This document shows positions 50,898-58,282 of a stretch of DNA of 64,000 nt, piece after piece; positions within the stretch are counted from its first letter, which is position 1; the number at the start of each line of letters is the position of its first letter. Position numbers and translations under genes: made by a program. The notes under the pieces were generated by a model, which made no database searches, was not told the DNA's origin, and worked only from the letters and a program-made list of their open reading frames with translations. The stretch is from positions 186,001 to 250,000 of IMG/VR virus record IMGVR_UViG_3300032268_000832; one strand, given 5' to 3'.

Positions 50898-51215
50898 ACT
50901 GTTATTTTCTAATAAAAATTGTATATTATCATCGGCTGTTTGACAGTCATCTATGAAGGAGAATATTTGCTCATTGGTAAGTATTCTCCATTCATTTTTA
51001 GCTTCAGTCTTAGTTTGGTGTTTTCTATGAAGCCATTGTTCTACTTTTAAGTAATTTTTACTTTCATATTGCTTTAATAATACAATCTTATTAGGGTTAC
51101 CAGTTTGTAATTCCGATAATCTAATTTTTATATCTCTTTTTGTGACACCTATCTTGTAGGATTCATTTCCATCAATGTCTGTTTGTAGTAATAAATATAC
51201 ATGTCCCATAATCAC
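50886..51215 (-). CDS. GIY-YIG nuclease (T5orf172/MUG113-like)
   Basis: VYLL..YKIGVT..RLSELQTGNP..E..LH..EW. Confidence 0.8.
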   Translation of the reverse strand: MIMGHVYLLLQTDIDGNESYKIGVTKRDIKIRLSELQTGNPNKIVLLKQYESKNYLKVEQWLHRKHQTKTEAKNEWRILTNEQIFSFIDDCQTADDNIQFLLENNSLFK

Positions 51216-51265
51216 AAATATATTAGAGTTTTTGTATTTTGTAAATATTTATAAATAAAAAAAAT

Positions 51266-51853
51266 ATGAAAGACTTTATAAAAAATAGACTTAGAGAATC
51301 TTTAGAACATGAAGAAGATTTACAAGAAATAAATTGGAAAGGATTAGCCGCTGGTGCTGCTATGACGTTGGGTACGTTAGGTGCGCAAGGACAAACGACA
51401 GAACCAACTACACAAACACAAACACCAACAACTCAAACAACACAACAAAAACCAATGTTCGGTACACCAGAACAAAGAGCTGCTGCTAAGGCTAAAAGAG
51501 AAGCTCAACGTAAAAAGAATTTTGATATTTCTGTAAATAATGCTTATGGAATGGGATTTGTTGAAGATATTGAAGAAGAAGAATTTAACACTGGTTGTAA
51601 CATAGCCAATAATCAAGAATTAAAATATTTAGATGGTTCATCACCTGAATTCCCTAATTTTGTATATAGAGAAATGGAAGATGGTACCAAAGTTAAGATT
51701 AATATGAAAAAATATCTTAATTATATTAGAAAACAAAATAAACAAGCTGATGTGCCTTTAGATGGTTTACAAGGTCCTAATTTTAAATCAACAAAATGTG
51801 GTGTTTCTAAAGATGCTGCAAAACAAAGCAAAAGCGATTGGAGTAAAAAATAA
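51266..51853 (+). CDS. IKNRLRE-motif protein
   Basis: MKDFIKNRLRE; hydrophobic segment then Thr/Gln-rich linker. Confidence 0.65.
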   Translation: MKDFIKNRLRESLEHEEDLQEINWKGLAAGAAMTLGTLGAQGQTTEPTTQTQTPTTQTTQQKPMFGTPEQRAAAKAKREAQRKKNFDISVNNAYGMGFVEDIEEEEFNTGCNIANNQELKYLDGSSPEFPNFVYREMEDGTKVKINMKKYLNYIRKQNKQADVPLDGLQGPNFKSTKCGVSKDAAKQSKSDWSKK

Positions 51854-51894
51854 CCATTTTAATGGTTTTTTTAAAAAATCATATATTTATTATA

Positions 51895-51945
51895 AAAAAG
51901 TTGCAAAAAAACTTGACTTGTATTAAAACAGTTCGTATATTTGCA
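51895..51945 (+). promoter_or_regulatory. promoter of the Cys/Val/Leu tRNA operon
   Basis: AAAGTTGCAAAAAACTTGACTTGTATTAAAACAGTTCGTATATTTGCA, near-identical to 53493-53543. Confidence 0.75.
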
Positions 51946-51982
51946 TCGTATTAAATTTTAACGAAAAAAGAAACAAAACAAA

Positions 51983-52063
51983 ATGAGAAATACTTTTAAC
52001 ATATTAGTCCTTTTAAGCTTATGCTTGCTAGTGGTAAACACAGCAGGGCTTTGCGTATGTTAA
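51983..52063 (+). CDS. attenuator leader peptide 2 MRNTFNILVLLSLCLLVVNTAGLCVC
   Basis: 10 of codons 8-18 are Leu/Val/Cys; antiterminator GGGCTTT (52046-52052). Confidence 0.85.
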   Translation: MRNTFNILVLLSLCLLVVNTAGLCVC

Positions 52064-52093
52064 ACTCATCTGAATAAGATAAGTATCTCTCAC

Positions 52094-52125
52094 AAAAAGC
52101 CCATCCTAACCAGATGGGTTTTTTT
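52094..52125 (+). terminator. attenuator terminator 2
   Basis: AAAAAGCCCATC-CTAACCA-GATGGGTTTTTTT. Confidence 0.85.
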
Positions 52126-52138
52126 ATTGAATAATAAT

Positions 52139-52219
52139 GCCGTGGTTCCTGAGTGGTCAAAGGGGGCGGACTGCAAATCCGCTGCGAAAGCTTCGTGGGT
52201 TCGAATCCCTCTCACGGCT
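52139..52219 (+). tRNA. tRNA-Cys(GCA) with extended variable arm
   Basis: GCGGA-CTGCAAA-TCCGC; variable TGCGAAAGCTTC; U73. Confidence 0.85.
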
Positions 52220-52240
52220 CAATGATAAACTGAAAAAAAA

Positions 52241-52621
52241 ATGGAAGGTAAAGATTACTTAGTTGGTTCATTTAGAACCAAAAACGGTGCTCAAGTTAAC
52301 GTTTATAGAAATATTAAAAATATGGAAAAGAATGAAATTAAAAAGGACTTGTATAAGTCAAAGAATCTGGCTAAATTTAGCCACTATGTAAACGGAAACC
52401 TGTATTATAAGGTAGACGTGATGGACGGAACTTATCAGTTCCCAATAAAAACAGTACAGAAATCATATGTAATGGATACTAGACAAGTTGAAAAGATTCC
52501 AACACTAGTATTAGCAGAAGATTTAGGAACAACAAGTTTTGACGCTGAAATAAAGGGTTCTGAATTGATTAGATGGATTGAAAAAGCTATCGATAATGAA
52601 GATTTTATAAAAGTAGGGTAA
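52241..52621 (+). CDS. hypothetical protein
   Basis: ORF track. Confidence 0.65.
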   Translation: MEGKDYLVGSFRTKNGAQVNVYRNIKNMEKNEIKKDLYKSKNLAKFSHYVNGNLYYKVDVMDGTYQFPIKTVQKSYVMDTRQVEKIPTLVLAEDLGTTSFDAEIKGSELIRWIEKAIDNEDFIKVG

Positions 52622-52634
52622 AACCTACTTAAAT

Positions 52635-52723
52635 GGGACTATGGTGTAGTTGGTTAAACATCCCATCCTTACAAGATGGAGACGAGAAGTATAACGCTGG
52701 TTCGAATCCAGCTAGTCCTACCA
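52635..52723 (+). tRNA. tRNA-Val(TAC) with 16-nt variable region
   Basis: CCATC-CTTACAA-GATGG; encoded CCA. Confidence 0.8.
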
Positions 52724-52731
52724 AAATAAAT

Positions 52732-52818
52732 GGCCTTGTGGCGAAACTGGCAGTACGCACTAGACTTAAAATCTAGGGTCCCGAAGGGGGCGTGTGGGTT
52801 CGACTCCCACCAAGGCTA
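52732..52818 (+). tRNA. tRNA-Leu(TAA)
   Basis: CTAGA-CTTAAAA-TCTAG, long variable arm. Confidence 0.9.
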
Positions 52819-52826
52819 CACAATAT

Positions 52827-52909
52827 GCGGATATGGTGGAATGGTAGACACACTAGCCTTAGAAGCTAGGGCTCATTTGGGCATGCGAGTTCGAGTCTCG
52901 CTATCCGTA
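52827..52909 (+). tRNA. tRNA-Leu(TAG)
   Basis: CTAGC-CTTAGAA-GCTAG, long variable arm. Confidence 0.9.
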
Positions 52910-52915
52910 CAAATC

Positions 52916-52990
52916 GCATCTGTAACTCAGTGGTTCAGTAGTGCTTCCTTTACACGGAAGAAGTCGGGGGTTCGAATCCCTCCAGATGCA
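52916..52990 (+). tRNA. tRNA-Val(TAC)
   Basis: CTTCC-TTTACAC-GGAAG. Confidence 0.9.
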
Positions 52991-52992
52991 CT

Positions 52993-53083
52993 AAAAGATA
53001 GTTTCAGCAAACAAAAACTGGTTAAAAATTCACACTTAAAATGCGAACGAAGCGGTTCAAATCCGCAAAATATAACTATCTTG
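52993..53083 (+). ncRNA. Y-RNA-like element copy 5 with tRNA-derived cargo
   Basis: AAGATAGTT / AACTATCTT-G, TCAGCAA; internal CTTAAAA loop and T arm GCGG-TTCAAAT-CCGC. Confidence 0.65.
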
Positions 53084-53088
53084 TTTTT

Positions 53089-53172
53089 GGCCGAGTGGCG
53101 TAATTGGTAGCCGCGCCAGTCTAAGAAGCTGGTTCTCGAAAGGGAGTGTGGGTTCGAGTCCCACCTTGGTCA
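53089..53172 (+). tRNA. tRNA-Leu(AAG)
   Basis: CCAGT-CTAAGAA-GCTGG, long variable arm. Confidence 0.85.
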
Positions 53173-53201
53173 CAAATTGAAATATCAACATATTTATTAG
53201 T

Positions 53202-53483
53202 ATGAAAACACTAATAAAACAATTGTTAAGAGAAAACATACTTGAATTACCAGATTACGCTGTTATTGAAATTACAATACCAATAGCATACATGGACCCT
53301 AAGTATTATTATCAAGCTGTACCAATAAATCAGTTGGATTCTGATAGGATATACATTTGGAAAGGTGCTGCTGGTGGTAAATCAATATCAACCAAGAGTG
53401 TTAGAGTATTAAAAACATTCAAATACAACGAAAAAGATGAAATGGACGTTTATCTTAATCAATTGAGAAACAACGAAATATAA
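53202..53483 (+). CDS. IKQLLRE-motif protein
   Basis: MKTLIKQLLRE; ATATTTATT upstream. Confidence 0.65.
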   Translation: MKTLIKQLLRENILELPDYAVIEITIPIAYMDPKYYYQAVPINQLDSDRIYIWKGAAGGKSISTKSVRVLKTFKYNEKDEMDVYLNQLRNNEI

Positions 53484-53492
53484 AATATTTCA

Positions 53493-53543
53493 AAAAAAGT
53501 TGCAAAAAAACTTGACTTGTATTAAAACAGTTCGTATCTTTGC
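53493..53543 (+). promoter_or_regulatory. promoter of the Phe/Glu/Asp/Ala tRNA operon
   Basis: TTGACTTGTATTAAAACAGTTCGTATCTTTGCA. Confidence 0.75.
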
Positions 53544-53623
53544 ACTATAATTAAAAACAAAGAAAAAAAATGACTTTTTAAAAAAAGTCGCATATTTATA
53601 AACAAATACAAAAAGAAAACACA

Positions 53624-53713
53624 ATGAGAACTTTAACTAACATATTTGATTTCGCATTTTTTGCAGCCGAGGAGGATTACTCTTTCGGAAGGTCAAACAC
53701 TGTCATAAGTTAA
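53624..53713 (+). CDS. attenuator leader peptide 3 MRTLTNIFDFAFFAAEEDYSFGRSNTVIS
   Basis: codons 8-18 are all Phe/Asp/Ala/Glu; antiterminator AGGTCAAAC (53690-53698). Confidence 0.88.
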   Translation: MRTLTNIFDFAFFAAEEDYSFGRSNTVIS

Positions 53714-53738
53714 CGTTTAAATTAACGATATAAATGAT

Positions 53739-53768
53739 AAGTCTGACCTAATAAGTCAGACTTTTTTT
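53739..53768 (+). terminator. attenuator terminator 3
   Basis: AAGTCTGAC-CTAATAA-GTCAGACTTTTTTT. Confidence 0.85.
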
Positions 53769-53783
53769 ATGCAATAAATAATT

Positions 53784-53856
53784 GGTTCTGTAGCTCAGTT
53801 GGTAGAGCACTAGATTGAAGCTCTAGGTGTCGTGGGTTCGAGTCCCACTGGAACCA
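53784..53856 (+). tRNA. tRNA-Phe(GAA)
   Basis: CTAGA-TTGAAGC-TCTAG. Confidence 0.9.
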
Positions 53857-53865
53857 CAAAAAAAT

Positions 53866-53940
53866 GGCCCCGTCTTCTAAACGGAATAGGAAGCCACCCT
53901 TTCAAGGTGTGTAATGCGAGTTCGAGTCTCGTCAGGGCTA
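53866..53940 (+). tRNA. tRNA-Glu(TTC)
   Basis: CACC-CTTTCAA-GGTG. Confidence 0.85.
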
Positions 53941-53977
53941 CAATCTGGTTAAGATTCCAGTAATCAAAAATCTAAAT

Positions 53978-54050
53978 GGTCTATTCGTCTAGTCGGTCAG
54001 GACGTGCCCCTTTCACGGGTAAAACACGGGTTCGAATCCCGTATAGACTA
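53978..54050 (+). tRNA. tRNA-Glu(TTC)
   Basis: TGCCC-CTTTCAC-GGGTA. Confidence 0.9.
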
Positions 54051-54059
54051 CAATAAAAA

Positions 54060-54131
54060 GGTCCTATCGTTCATCGGCTAGGATGCCTCCCTGTCACGGA
54101 GGTGAGGAGGGTTCGATTCCCTCTAGGACCG
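54060..54131 (+). tRNA. tRNA-Asp(GTC)
   Basis: CCTCC-CTGTCAC-GGAGG. Confidence 0.9.
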
Positions 54132-54215
54132 CTGGTAACATCTGGTAATTTTAATACCAGTAAAAACCATTAAAAACAGGGATTATTAGTTTTATCTGGT
54201 AATGTCTGGTAATTT

Positions 54216-54287
54216 GGGGTCATAGCTCAACGGCTGAGCGCTTCCCTTGCACGGAAGAGGATGTGGGTTCGAATCCCATTGGCTCCA
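54216..54287 (+). tRNA. tRNA-Ala(TGC)
   Basis: CTTCC-CTTGCAC-GGAAG; G3-U70. Confidence 0.9.
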
Positions 54288-54340
54288 CTAATTAGTTTCT
54301 ATCTTTTTAATTTTTAAAGATATTTATAGATAAAAAAAGT

Positions 54341-56683
54341 ATGAAATTATCACATATATTCAAGGATTTGTTAAATGAGGATTTTAAAACTCAAACACAG
54401 AAATTCATCTCTCAAGGTTATGAACCAGAAATTGTTAGGTCGTATATTGAAAAATTTAAATATATTAGAGATGGTAAGTATCGTGAGGCGCTTAACCCTG
54501 ACTTAAACATCAACGTTCCAGTTGAAAAACGATTTGATATTGATGCGTACCCAACGTTTAATTCTCTTGAAACCCTAGTTGATTATGTGTCAGGTCAAAG
54601 ACCAGTTAAAACCACTATGTCAAAACAAAATGATATTGAAGTTACTGGTGAAGCTGTTTATAACAAAGATGGTGTTGAAGTATTTTATGCTGACAATCCA
54701 AGAGCGTGTATTAAATATAAGGGTAGTATGCCATATAGTTGGTGTGTTGCTAGGTCAGATTCTTCAAACATGTTCTATACATACAGATTTAAACCATATG
54801 AACCAGCTTTTTATTTTGTTAAGGATGTAAAAGCTACTGAAAAAGAATTGGCAGATATTGCTAAAACTGGTACTGTTAGTGGTGGTTTTAAAAATAGATA
54901 TCATTTCTTTGTTATTCAAGTACCTAAAAACCTTAACCCTGAAGATGACAACACCCCACAATACATAGTTACTTCAGCTAACAATGACGGGGATAATCAA
55001 TTAAGTTGGAATCAAATTCTAGAAATAAACCCAAAATTAGCTGCTATAAAAAATGTATTGATTCCTAAACCTTTTACACCACAAGAAAGGGCGCAACATG
55101 AAAGGTTTAAAAAGGGTATAAATGATAATGAATTTAGGAAACTTAGTTACGAAGATAAGAAAGCTTATTTGGATATATACCCAACAATTGCTAAACCAAT
55201 TACAACTAATCAATTTTTGATATTACCAGACGATTTAAAGAATCTATATGTTTCATTTGGTATTGGATTAGACGATGAACAATTTGATAGTATTAAAAAC
55301 AACCCTAAATTACTTAAGCGTTATGTACAAATTAGTGATAGAAAGTTAGATGTTTATTTAAAAGCTGATAATTGGAATAGAACTAGTTATCGTATGATGT
55401 ATACTGAATTGATAGTACTTCCAGAGGAAAAAATATCAGAATACTTAAACACTTTAAATAAAAAAGAAATTGGTAGTTTTATTGCGAATAACGGTGTTGA
55501 TAAATTAGAAATGCTAGAGAAACTTGCTTCTGGTAAATTGGTTGGTAATTATTCTGATATTAAACCGATAATTGATGGTTTAAGAAAAAATAGTGGAATT
55601 AGATATAGAAGCAAATATAATGAAGAAACAGATGTAATAGAACTGTTAAACGAAATGCTTCCAGATAGTGTATCTGTTGAATATGGTGAATATTCAAATG
55701 AAATTATGTTTGAACTTTCTTCCGAAATAAAATTTGGTTATGATTTAGAAGGTGTTTTATCCAGCTTATCACAAGATAGTTGGGATTCATGGAATGATAG
55801 TTATTTTGATGGTTGGTCTGAAGGACTTAAAGAAGAATACGAAAACCAAATAGAATCAGTACTTAAAGACCAAAATTTAGTTAATGATTTAAGAAAAAAT
55901 GGTATAAACCCAACACCAAAAATAGTAGAAACGTTATTAGAAAAATTTAATGCGAGTGAAAAAATAAAAGAACACATTGATGAAGTTTATACTGAAGCTC
56001 AATCTGTTAGTGAAAATCGAATATTTAGAGAGTTACATAATAAATTTACAAAGATAATAACTTACGAGAATAGTAATAGCGGTGGTTATTATGGTTCTAG
56101 TAGAAGAAATTTTACTGAGGTTACTATAAATATATCTAATTTTATTGGTGCTTTAATTTCAGATTCTGACATATTAACAAAAGATAAAACACAATTTGAA
56201 AGCGCTTTTGAATCATTATTAGAAGACTTATTAGAACAAGCCGATTTACCTACAACTCAAGAAGAGATAGACGAAGAAGTTAGAAATGGTGGTGTAGATA
56301 TTGATAATGAAGCTATGAGTAACTACATAAAGGAAAAAATATATGAGATTATAGATGAAAAAATTTATAATAATGACGATGAATATAATGACGAAGAACG
56401 TGAAGAAATAAAAAAAACAAAATATGATATTCTTACAGCTTTTGAAAAAACACTTAAAGGGTTAGGTCAAGATGAAAATACTAATGAAATAGAAAATGAT
56501 TTAGTTCGTATTGTATTTGATAGAAGTAAAATTAAAACCAATGGGTCGATTTATACCTCTGTTATTCATAAGAAAGATAATAGTACTTTTAATGGTTATA
56601 TGTTTATTAATGACATCCCATCTTATTTTAAAAACTACAAATTATTTGAAGAAATAAAAAAAATGAAAAATTTAATCAATTAA
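54341..56683 (+). CDS. large hypothetical protein (FKDLLNE N-terminal motif)
   Basis: 780-aa ORF; YSWCV segment resembles SLWCF of the 15709 gene. Confidence 0.75.
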   Translation: MKLSHIFKDLLNEDFKTQTQKFISQGYEPEIVRSYIEKFKYIRDGKYREALNPDLNINVPVEKRFDIDAYPTFNSLETLVDYVSGQRPVKTTMSKQNDIEVTGEAVYNKDGVEVFYADNPRACIKYKGSMPYSWCVARSDSSNMFYTYRFKPYEPAFYFVKDVKATEKELADIAKTGTVSGGFKNRYHFFVIQVPKNLNPEDDNTPQYIVTSANNDGDNQLSWNQILEINPKLAAIKNVLIPKPFTPQERAQHERFKKGINDNEFRKLSYEDKKAYLDIYPTIAKPITTNQFLILPDDLKNLYVSFGIGLDDEQFDSIKNNPKLLKRYVQISDRKLDVYLKADNWNRTSYRMMYTELIVLPEEKISEYLNTLNKKEIGSFIANNGVDKLEMLEKLASGKLVGNYSDIKPIIDGLRKNSGIRYRSKYNEETDVIELLNEMLPDSVSVEYGEYSNEIMFELSSEIKFGYDLEGVLSSLSQDSWDSWNDSYFDGWSEGLKEEYENQIESVLKDQNLVNDLRKNGINPTPKIVETLLEKFNASEKIKEHIDEVYTEAQSVSENRIFRELHNKFTKIITYENSNSGGYYGSSRRNFTEVTINISNFIGALISDSDILTKDKTQFESAFESLLEDLLEQADLPTTQEEIDEEVRNGGVDIDNEAMSNYIKEKIYEIIDEKIYNNDDEYNDEEREEIKKTKYDILTAFEKTLKGLGQDENTNEIENDLVRIVFDRSKIKTNGSIYTSVIHKKDNSTFNGYMFINDIPSYFKNYKLFEEIKKMKNLIN

Positions 56684-56752
56684 ATTTGCAAGATTAAAAA
56701 TTTACTCGTATATTTGCATCATAATTAATATAAAACTTAAAATAAAAACAAG

Positions 56753-57091
56753 ATGAGTAAATTTGAAAAAATGATTTCGGCTAGTAATTCAACAACATTA
56801 GCAAACAGAGCTAGCGATTTAGCTGAAGAAGTGTCTTTAGAGTTAAACTCTTTCATCAACAATTTGAAAAGAGAAAAATCTCAGTTGAAAAGTAAAATCA
56901 ACAAGTTAACGGATTTAGCACCAGAGAACACTACATCTTTGAGACCTGGTCATCCAGAATTCAATGCTTCGAATTGGGTAGCTGAGTTACATCAATGTCG
57001 TATGGATTTAGCATTGAAAGATGTTGAATTAGCAGAAGCACAAGCTATCCACGATGAATACTTTGGTGAAGAAGCTGAAAACGCTAAGTAA
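56753..57091 (+). CDS. hypothetical coiled-coil protein
   Basis: ORF track. Confidence 0.65.
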   Translation: MSKFEKMISASNSTTLANRASDLAEEVSLELNSFINNLKREKSQLKSKINKLTDLAPENTTSLRPGHPEFNASNWVAELHQCRMDLALKDVELAEAQAIHDEYFGEEAENAK

Positions 57092-57093
57092 TC

Positions 57094-57579
57094 ATGAGTA
57101 CAAAACCGAAAGTGTATTTGGCGAAATCAAACAGAGCTAATCCAGAATTGGTTAGTAGAGTTCGCCAAACTCTTTCCAAATATGATATAGAAATCGTTGA
57201 ATTTAAGGGTGGTCAATTTAGTCACAAACCAATGTTAGAATGTGAACAATTAGTAGTTGTACCAGACTTATCAGATGAAGAAAATATCGTAATTGGGAAA
57301 GGGTTGTATGAGCAAATTGAAAGATTTGGTTCCTCAAAAGGTTTTGAATATGTTTTAACTATCACTAGTGATAACATGTTGATTAAAGAACTTGATGATA
57401 TTGATATAATTGATTATGATGATTACGTTGAATACGCTCTTCTACATTTTCAATCATCATGGGGTTCTGAACACTTGAAGGACGTTTTAGATGAAATTGG
57501 TTATAACCCAAAATCATCAAATACTTTAAAAACGTCTGGTAAATCAAATTATTATATGTTAATTGGTAAAAAAGTTTAA
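57094..57579 (+). CDS. hypothetical protein, possible TIR or deoxyribosyltransferase-like fold
   Basis: KPKVYLAKS..VRQTLSKYDIEIV N-terminus; weak. Confidence 0.45.
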   Translation: MSTKPKVYLAKSNRANPELVSRVRQTLSKYDIEIVEFKGGQFSHKPMLECEQLVVVPDLSDEENIVIGKGLYEQIERFGSSKGFEYVLTITSDNMLIKELDDIDIIDYDDYVEYALLHFQSSWGSEHLKDVLDEIGYNPKSSNTLKTSGKSNYYMLIGKKV

Positions 57580-57768
57580 AAAAAACTTGCAAGATTGAAA
57601 AACACTTAGTATATTTGCATTGTAATTTTAAATAAACATCGTAGAGTGTTTGAGAGTAGTAGCTATTAGGAAAGTTCCTCCTCTTTATCGAAAGATAAAT
57701 GAAACTTTGTACTGGCGGTGGTATCAAACACAAAGACGTAAGTATTGGGGTCTTACAACCCCAAGAAT

Positions 57769-57841
57769 GGTACCGTAGCTCAGTTGGTAGAGCAATGGAC
57801 TGAAAATCCATGTGTCACTGGTTCGATTCCAGTCGGTACCA
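57769..57841 (+). tRNA. tRNA-Phe(GAA)
   Basis: ATGGA-CTGAAAA-TCCAT. Confidence 0.92.
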
Positions 57842-58014
57842 CTACAGTAAGACGGTTAGCCTTACGTAAAGAACTTTAAGACACCATGGAAGGTTTTAAA
57901 GGGAAATGACGCTAACAGCTGAGGAAGTGCTAGAACTTCTGGGTTTGCAGTTCGGACCCTCTCCCAAAGAAAACACTGCAATGGTACTATCATGGGAACG
58001 ATAGTACCAAAACA

Positions 58015-58090
58015 CGGGGATAGCATAAGGGCGGCAGTTCCTTGCAGAACGTATACTAGTTGCCGAGGGGTTCGACTCCCTTCTCCCCGA
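58015..58090 (+). ncRNA. degenerate tRNA-like RNA
   Basis: CGGGGA/TCCCCG acceptor and GAGGG-GTTCGACT-CCCTT T arm; non-canonical middle. Confidence 0.5.
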
Positions 58091-58104
58091 CTAAATTATT
58101 AACT

Positions 58105-58278
58105 ATGGCTACATTAGCACAAAAATCTAGACAAGCTAGAGCGTTAGCAATGCTTGAAACACAACTTAAAAGTGGTGTTAAAACTCAGAAAGGAACTTCT
58201 GACGTTAAAATCGAATTGACAGATGCGGATAGAAAACGTATCAACAAAGAGATTAGTAACTTAAAAGCGAAAGCTTAA
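58105..58278 (+). CDS. small basic protein
   Basis: ATG at 58105, MATLAQKSRQAR... Confidence 0.6.
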   Translation: MATLAQKSRQARALAMLETQLKSGVKTQKGTSDVKIELTDADRKRINKEISNLKAKA

Positions 58279-58282
58279 AAAA

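Noticed and set aside
52730-53110. 126-aa track ORF
   Set aside because: It lies entirely over tRNA genes; the same applies to 24334, 24392, 25254 and 23156.
57660-57740. RNase P RNA suggested by AGGAAAGTTCC
   Set aside because: Too short and lacks the 3' conserved P4 partner; kept only as an unassigned structured RNA.
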